A DNA stretch of 20,000 nt, taken from an uncultured virus (IMG/VR IMGVR_UViG_3300028840_003539). Its lineage: Duplodnaviria > Heunggongvirae > Uroviricota > Caudoviricetes. The translations under genes were made by a program, and so were the position numbers. The number at the start of each line of letters is the position of its first letter. The first letter of the stretch is position 1. This document shows positions 14,661 to 20,000 of this stretch, piece by piece. The stretch lies in the IMG/VR virus record IMGVR_UViG_3300028840_003539; one strand, given 5' to 3'. A model generated the notes under the pieces. That model saw only the letters and a list, made by a program, of their open reading frames with translations. It searched no databases and was not told where the DNA came from.

Positions 14661-15227
14661 GTGCCCTACGAACCGCTGGTCTACGTCGACGAAGGAGGCG
14701 AAGTCTTCGCCAACCCGCTGTCGTACGGTAGGAGCAAGCGTCGTTTCGTCGAGTTCCGGCGGGGTCGTGCAGCAGAACCTGGTCGATCGTACCGTGGGTT
14801 GCGTGTGCAGGTTGGTCTGATTCGCGAGCCCGGCTACGACCCGAAGGCTGCACCACACATCCGTGGCTCAGCGGACGTCTACGCACTGATTCGCGAGCAC
14901 GCCTACGATGACGTGCAGGAAGCCTTCTACGTCGTCCTGCTCAACGCACGCTCGCAAGTCCTCGGCATCTACGAAGCGCATCGCGGCACCATGACTGGCG
15001 TCGAGGTGCAACCGGCGGACGTGTTGAGGCCCGCCCTCGTTTCAGGTGCGGCAGCCATCGTCGTCGCACACAACCATCCAAGCGGCGACGCAGACCCGAG
15101 TCACGACGACAAGGCGTTGACGAAGCGCCTCACAGAAGCATGCAAAATCGTCGGTGTGCAACTTCTCGACCACCTCGTGATCGGCGAAGACAGCTACGTC
15201 AGCTTCGCGGACCGCGGGCTGCTCTGA
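14661..15227 (+). CDS. radC: RadC-like JAB/MPN domain protein
   Basis: QEAFYVVLLN...AHNHPSGDADPSHDDKALTKRL...LLDHLVIG..YVSF: intact E..HxH..S..D JAMM motif of the RadC family; lacks the N-terminal HhH part. Confidence 0.92.
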   Translation: MPYEPLVYVDEGGEVFANPLSYGRSKRRFVEFRRGRAAEPGRSYRGLRVQVGLIREPGYDPKAAPHIRGSADVYALIREHAYDDVQEAFYVVLLNARSQVLGIYEAHRGTMTGVEVQPADVLRPALVSGAAAIVVAHNHPSGDADPSHDDKALTKRLTEACKIVGVQLLDHLVIGEDSYVSFADRGLL

Positions 15228-16438
15228 TGCGCATGGAGCCTACGCTTTTTCTCGTCGGCCAGCTGCGCGAGATCATCCGCGAGCTGAACAGCGGTAGGTT
15301 CGCCTGGGACCTGGTCGCTGACACAGCCGTCACGATCGCTGGTGAAGGGCTCGACGTGGGCGAGTTGGGCGACCGCCTGCGCGAGGCCTACGAAGCCCGC
15401 AGCAAGCCGTTGGTGTGGCGTGCGATCACAATGACGGGCTGGCGGTGCTGGGAGCTGCTGCAGAAGCCTCTCGAAGCGGTCCCTGCTGCGGTCACAGATG
15501 AAAGTACGGACCGGCGACTCAGCCTCGGCATCACTGTCTTTGAGGGCGATGATGGACCACCCTTGGTGTCTGCGTGGTTTCACTGGCCGCGCGCGTTCTA
15601 CACCGAGCGTGTCGCAGCGGTGTCGAGCCGGGACGTGCGCTCGTTGATGTTCGGCGTGAGTTGGGCAGGCGCGCTGTCCGACGATGCGTTCGACATCTTC
15701 CATGGTTCCGTTGTTCCATCAGCGCGGATGCAACCGGCGCCGCGGCGATGTGGACGCCCACCCGCTGGGCGAGTCGTGGTGCGGCTCAGCGGCAACCGAT
15801 TGCCTGTAGGTGCGTCGGACGGCTACGAGGAAGCCTTCCTAAGCGTCCTTGGCGTCTACCGTGACTTGCCGAAGCTGCTTGAGCAAACGGCGAGGTTGAT
15901 CGATGCAGCTGCTGGGGTACGCGAAAACCCGCGGACGACAAAGATCAGGTTGTACCCTGACCTTCCCACTGGCGAGCCTCACTTCGAGGACGTAACAGCT
16001 GTCAGTCCACGCGGCGTTCCAGACTGGATGTTAGTCTCGGCGCCCACCGAAAGACACCGAACGCGCACGGGGCGCGTTCCGCCGGGTGGCTGGACGATCA
16101 CGCACAAGCCAACAGGGCTTGCGATCCTCCGCGGTCTGACCAGGGCAGACGCTGCACTCGCAGCTCGTGTGATCGCGCGCGAGGCACCCTGCCTGAAAGA
16201 CGTAGACGAAGTAGTCACCGACTGGTCACGCGACCCGCTGCGTTCCGCCTTCGAACTGATAGAGAAGCTGCGAAGCCTGCTCTCGCGCAAAGCGGACGTC
16301 TTGCGCGAAGGGCAGAACGTGCCGATGATTGCCGAGCTGATCCAGTACGACCTGATAGCGCCGCGCGAGCTGCAGAAGCTACCGCCGGCGACGCAGGTGG
16401 CGCTCGACGCCTGGCTGGAAACGGCGAAGGTGCGCTGA
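15227..16438 (+). CDS. Hypothetical multi-domain protein
   Basis: TGATG coupling at both ends; 403 aa; internal RENP; WTITHKPTGLAI segment in the C-terminal part. Confidence 0.7.
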   Translation: MRMEPTLFLVGQLREIIRELNSGRFAWDLVADTAVTIAGEGLDVGELGDRLREAYEARSKPLVWRAITMTGWRCWELLQKPLEAVPAAVTDESTDRRLSLGITVFEGDDGPPLVSAWFHWPRAFYTERVAAVSSRDVRSLMFGVSWAGALSDDAFDIFHGSVVPSARMQPAPRRCGRPPAGRVVVRLSGNRLPVGASDGYEEAFLSVLGVYRDLPKLLEQTARLIDAAAGVRENPRTTKIRLYPDLPTGEPHFEDVTAVSPRGVPDWMLVSAPTERHRTRTGRVPPGGWTITHKPTGLAILRGLTRADAALAARVIAREAPCLKDVDEVVTDWSRDPLRSAFELIEKLRSLLSRKADVLREGQNVPMIAELIQYDLIAPRELQKLPPATQVALDAWLETAKVR

Positions 16439-16947
16439 TGCCCGTTCATCCCCTCGCAGAACGCAAGCTGCCGCCGAGCCCCGGCACGAAGTTCGGAGCT
16501 GCACGCAGCGCAGCCGGCCGGCCGGCCGAGTGCGGCGGCGGGCACTGCGGCGTCGACCTGTACTACTGGAAAGCGGGGCTAGACCCGAACACAGGCATCG
16601 GCCGCCCCGTCTTTGCTGTCGCTGCCGGCAAGGTGATCGCGGCGAGCGAAAGCGATTCAGCGGGCAAGTACGTCTGGATCAAGCACGACAGCTTCCGCAG
16701 CCACTACGTTCATCTTGACAGCTACTTCGTCAGGACAGGCGACACGGTTGCCGAGGGGCAGCAGATCGGCACGTTGGGCCGCACGGGCATCACGACCGAC
16801 CCAGCGCATCTACACTTCGGCCTGTCGACGCTGGCCGGCAAATACTACGACCCTGAGCCCAAACTGCGCGTCTGGCCGCTCGTCGGTGGCGGCATCGGCT
16901 TGCTGCTCGTCGCCGCAGCGGTGCTCTACTGGTACTGGAAGAAGTGA
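16438..16947 (+). CDS. M23 family peptidase with C-terminal membrane anchor
   Basis: HCGVDL (HxxxD), GRPVFAVAAGKV, YVHL, V..GD.V..GQQIG..G.TG, HLHF (HxH); C-terminal GIGLLLVAAAVLYWYWKK. Confidence 0.92.
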   Translation: MPVHPLAERKLPPSPGTKFGAARSAAGRPAECGGGHCGVDLYYWKAGLDPNTGIGRPVFAVAAGKVIAASESDSAGKYVWIKHDSFRSHYVHLDSYFVRTGDTVAEGQQIGTLGRTGITTDPAHLHFGLSTLAGKYYDPEPKLRVWPLVGGGIGLLLVAAAVLYWYWKK

Positions 16948-17852
16948 TGCGGCGCAACCCGCTCGACCCGGACGCGCACGCGCGCGACCCGCACCCGACA
17001 GCGCTGGCGCGGGGGCGGGACGACCGGCGCGGCGTGCACACGACACCCGACAAGCTCACGGCGATCTGGTACGCGATGATGAAGGCATCGCACTCGCCAC
17101 CCGGCGAGGACGACACCGGCGTCTTATTTCTGCTTGACACGCAAGGGCTCGAAGCCCACCCGGACTTCGACGCCGAGATCGAGCGCAAGCACACCTACTT
17201 GCGCGACCTGGCGTGGCTGGTCACCGGCGAGTTCGAGCTAGACCCTGAAAATCTACAAGACCACGACCGCCTAGCCGACCTCATCCGAGGTGACCTCGAA
17301 GACTACGAGACCGAACACCAGGTCGACGTCGGAAACAGCGTGCTGTCGACGATCTACTTCGGCCCAATGGGACGCGGCGTAGGCAACCAGCGTATCCTCG
17401 GCGCGCTGCTAGAGATGGCCGAAGGCGGCGATGCAGACGAGATCATCGAGGTGCTGAAGAAATACTACAAGAGCAACGACCTCGAAGACCTGCCGCTGGA
17501 GTGGTTCGCCTACGCGATGCAGCAGTGGCGATACTTCGTCCCAGTCGGCTTCGACCGCGTCGTGCGAGTCGAGATCGTGCGCCCGTGGAACGACTACCTC
17601 TACGACGAAACCGACCACGACGCGTTGAACGAAGCGGAAAGCTCCGGGCTGCCGTTCTTCATGCTGGACGACGTCTACAGCGGCCTTGACGAAGGCGACT
17701 TCGAGACCGCGACGGTCTACGAGCGGAAGCCTCGCCCAGGAGCCCGGCTAGAATGGCACGGCACGAACGTCGCGCGGGCACGCGCAGCGTTCCCTCAACT
17801 TGCCAGCAAAATCGAGAACGTCTGGAAGACGCCTTTCGTCGCGGTAACTTGA
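16947..17852 (+). CDS. Acidic protein with ADP-ribosyltransferase-like motifs in permuted order
   Basis: Starts MRRNP; GVHTT..TAIWYA..GVLFLLD near the N-terminus, QQWRYF in the middle, EWHGT near the C-terminus. Confidence 0.6.
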   Translation: MRRNPLDPDAHARDPHPTALARGRDDRRGVHTTPDKLTAIWYAMMKASHSPPGEDDTGVLFLLDTQGLEAHPDFDAEIERKHTYLRDLAWLVTGEFELDPENLQDHDRLADLIRGDLEDYETEHQVDVGNSVLSTIYFGPMGRGVGNQRILGALLEMAEGGDADEIIEVLKKYYKSNDLEDLPLEWFAYAMQQWRYFVPVGFDRVVRVEIVRPWNDYLYDETDHDALNEAESSGLPFFMLDDVYSGLDEGDFETATVYERKPRPGARLEWHGTNVARARAAFPQLASKIENVWKTPFVAVT

Positions 17853-17891
17853 AGTTGCAGGCCGCGCGCTAACTGGAGTAAGCTGCTGCAC

Positions 17892-18344
17892 ATGTCACGC
17901 GCTAACGGAACACCGAAGCCCCTCCTCCGCCCGGACAAAGCCTGCGGGTTCACCTACAACCACAAGGCCGAGGCCGACCGGCACTTCTACCTGTACGATG
18001 ACGTCAGCGACCTCGTGTTTGAAGCCGACGGCTACTTGCAGCCGCAAGCCGAAGACGAAGACCCCAGCAAGCAGCGCTGGACGATCTACCTGATGTGCCC
18101 CGCGTGCCATCAGACGCTGCGTCTCGACAGTGAGAAGAAGCCGTTCGAGGTAACCGAGCGCGGCATCGAGACGGGTGAGCCCATCGGCTGTTCGTACTGG
18201 CTCCACAACGTGGACGGCTATACCGGCATGTGTCCCTTCCGGGGCGAGTTGCAGCCGCCGAAGTCGCCTGAATGGGGCGAGGTGCGAACCGACGTTGGCG
18301 TCGTGCGGGTCAAGATCGACGCCTGGATTCGTCGAGCGTTTTGA
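17892..18344 (+). CDS. Zn-ribbon-like hypothetical protein
   Basis: GGAG RBS; MCPACH ... IGCSY ... MCPF. Confidence 0.75.
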   Translation: MSRANGTPKPLLRPDKACGFTYNHKAEADRHFYLYDDVSDLVFEADGYLQPQAEDEDPSKQRWTIYLMCPACHQTLRLDSEKKPFEVTERGIETGEPIGCSYWLHNVDGYTGMCPFRGELQPPKSPEWGEVRTDVGVVRVKIDAWIRRAF

Positions 18345-18389
18345 GCTAGAGTTTTTCAGCGCCACCGTGCGCAACGCTAGGAGCCGGAG

Positions 18390-18860
18390 ATGAGCTGGAA
18401 GGACTACGTCAACATCTACACGATCGGTGGCGCCGTTGCGGGCGGCTACGTCGGGCACTCCAAGTACGGGAAAAAGCACGGTTATACCGCGCCCGTCGTT
18501 GGCGCGATCGGCGGGCTCGCTGCCGGCTTGCTCGTGCAGAAGCTCGTCGGTGGGCAGCAAGCGAAGCCCGCTCAGGTCGCCGCCGGCCAGCAGCCGGCCG
18601 CGCAGGTGCAGCAACCCGCCGGCGGCCAGGGCGAGTACGTCGACCTAGACGGCATGGGCGAGTACGTGCCGCCGCCTTCGCCGAACGCCAGCGCAGCGCA
18701 GCGCGCCGAGTACGAGGCACAGCAGGCCGCCTTCGAAAACCTCGGCTCGTTGTCGGGCAGCGACGGCCTCGGCTCGTTGTCGGGCACGCCCGGCTTCGAC
18801 GCTGACGCCATCGACTACGCCGAGATCTTGGGCGAGGACGGCGGCAGCGACTTCAACTAG
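18390..18860 (+). CDS. Glycine-zipper membrane protein with Gln/Ala linker and acidic tail
   Basis: AGGAG RBS; IGGAVAGGYVG and VVGAIGGLAAGLLV; GMGEY and LGSLSG x2. Confidence 0.8.
   Translation: MSWKDYVNIYTIGGAVAGGYVGHSKYGKKHGYTAPVVGAIGGLAAGLLVQKLVGGQQAKPAQVAAGQQPAAQVQQPAGGQGEYVDLDGMGEYVPPPSPNASAAQRAEYEAQQAAFENLGSLSGSDGLGSLSGTPGFDADAIDYAEILGEDGGSDFN
18740..18786 (+). repeat. Exact 20-nt direct repeat (LGSLSG x2)
   Basis: CCTCGGCTCGTTGTCGGGCA at 18740-18759 and 18767-18786. Confidence 0.9.
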
Positions 18861-18871
18861 CGGAGGCGGCG

Positions 18872-19549
18872 ATGCCGGGGAAGCTGGGCTTCGACCCGAA
18901 CTGCGAGGTGTGCCAGGGCGACGGCTACCTCGACCTCTACACCGGGCACTTGGAGCAGTCGGTCATGCCGCCCCGGTGCCCGGCGTGCAACGCCACGCCA
19001 GTCGAAGTCAAGCCGGCGTGGCCTGACGACGACGCTGACGGCTGGCTCGACGGCGTCACGCGCAAGCCTGCACGCTTCACCGGCGGCAAGCTCGACCCGA
19101 TAACAGTCGACACCATCGTGATCCACCGCTACCACCGCGGCTTCTGGAATGCTGGGCCGCGCTACTTCGCCAACCCGACGACGAGCGACCGACGAACCGG
19201 CGAGATCATCCCACGCTACGTCTCAGCCCACTTCAGCGTGCACAAGCCGGGCTGGTTGCGCATGCTGACGCAGCACGCGCCACTGAGCGTCGTGTGCTGG
19301 CATGCGCCGCCCTACAACTTCAGGTCGATCGGCATCGAGCACGATGCCGGGCCGAAGGGGCTCAAGGAGCCGTGGTGGGAGGAGACAATCGTCGAGAGCG
19401 TGAAGTTGGTCGAGGCGTTGCTGAAGCAGCTGCCCAACGTCAAGCAGCTCGTCTCGCACCGCTACATCTGCCCGAAGAACCGTCGTGACCCGGGCAAGAG
19501 CTTCCCGTGGGAGCGGTACGAGCACTTCGGGCTGGAGATCATCAGGTAG
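18872..19549 (+). CDS. N-acetylmuramoyl-L-alanine amidase (Amidase_2) with N-terminal Zn finger; putative endolysin
   Basis: GGAGG RBS; IVIH, VSAHF, WHA, NFRSIGIEH, SHR, RRDPG..FPW motifs; N-terminal CEVCQGDG...CPAC. Confidence 0.9.
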   Translation: MPGKLGFDPNCEVCQGDGYLDLYTGHLEQSVMPPRCPACNATPVEVKPAWPDDDADGWLDGVTRKPARFTGGKLDPITVDTIVIHRYHRGFWNAGPRYFANPTTSDRRTGEIIPRYVSAHFSVHKPGWLRMLTQHAPLSVVCWHAPPYNFRSIGIEHDAGPKGLKEPWWEETIVESVKLVEALLKQLPNVKQLVSHRYICPKNRRDPGKSFPWERYEHFGLEIIR

Positions 19550-19671
19550 ACCTATCGGGAACGGCCTGCTGCTCCTCGCACGGGTTGGGCGGGCCAGCGC
19601 AGCCCTTGCCGGCCGTGGGCCGTTCCCGTCTATTCCCGTCTATCCCCGCCTCGATCGCCGGCTAGTAGCCG

Positions 19672-19830
19672 TCATGCATGTAATGAGGCGACACGCCCGT
19701 CCAGGTGGAGGTACCGAAGTGTAGTTGGTCCTTTGGGCCCAACCAGCTGGACCTGTTTGACTATGGCACCGTGTTTCTTTGCATATTCAATTAGCTCCCC
19801 AAACGGAAAGCCAGGCATGGGGTAAGGCAT
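19672..19830 (-). CDS. 52-aa minus-strand ORF (possibly truncated; loosely HicA-like)
   Basis: MPYPMPGFPFGELIEYAKKHGAIVKQVQLVGPKGPTTLRYLHLDGRVASLHA*; GGAG RBS 7 nt upstream; promoter-like element upstream; lower GC than the rest of the window. Confidence 0.5.
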   Translation of the reverse strand: MPYPMPGFPFGELIEYAKKHGAIVKQVQLVGPKGPTTLRYLHLDGRVASLHA

Positions 19831-19859
19831 GACCACACTCCGTAGGTCCGAGTGTGATC

Positions 19860-19889
19860 AGGCTATACATTCCCTAGTAGATCAGTCAA
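19860..19889 (-). promoter_or_regulatory. Candidate sigma70 promoter on minus strand
   Basis: TTGACT (19889-19884) followed by TATAGC at 16-nt or TAGCCT at 18-nt spacing. Confidence 0.5.
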
Positions 19890-20000
19890 GCAAAGGGTTT
19901 GCCGACTATGCTGGAAAATGGACTCGTTGCTCCAACAGAGGCGGGAGCTGACAGGATGGAGGCAATTCCCAGGATTTGGGCCGGGCGTGGTTACCAAACC

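Noticed and set aside
14661..15227. radC as evidence of a chromosomal DNA-repair locus
   Set aside because: It is the short JAB-only form in a virus-like operon with no housekeeping neighbours.
19166..19177. FANP in the amidase counted as an NP tag
   Set aside because: It falls inside the Amidase_2 fold where similar residues are common. NP dipeptides in the fibre and TRAP-like proteins were likewise not counted.

Overview
A GC-rich, densely packed, almost entirely + strand gene array of about 28 ORFs, many translationally coupled by ATGA/TGATG overlaps. It reads like the virion/morphogenesis module of a bacterial virus or provirus that is probably tailless and membrane-containing. I see no terminase, portal, HK97 capsid, tape-measure, integrase or polymerase gene in the window. 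It contains: (1) about ten small membrane-anchored proteins; (2) two large fibre/spike-like proteins sharing a 23-aa N-terminal module; (3) a protamine-like Arg/Lys-rich protein with a membrane/acidic tail, followed by three tandem ~200-220 aa beta-rich proteins (candidate single jelly-roll capsid paralogs; inference); (4) recognisable enzymes: RadC/JAB, a membrane-anchored M23 peptidase and a Zn-finger Amidase_2; (5) a solitary, signal-less TRAP (DctP/TakP-like) substrate-binding protein with its own promoter and terminator. The less obvious signals are a recurring (R/K)xNP motif and a recurring [F/L/M]G motif across unrelated proteins, an apparently circularly permuted ADP-ribosyltransferase-like protein, a ~160-nt highly structured intergenic RNA after the capsid-like genes, and two short ORFs missed by the ORF track (582-758 +; 19672-19830 -). 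All family assignments come from motif recognition by eye. No searches were run.
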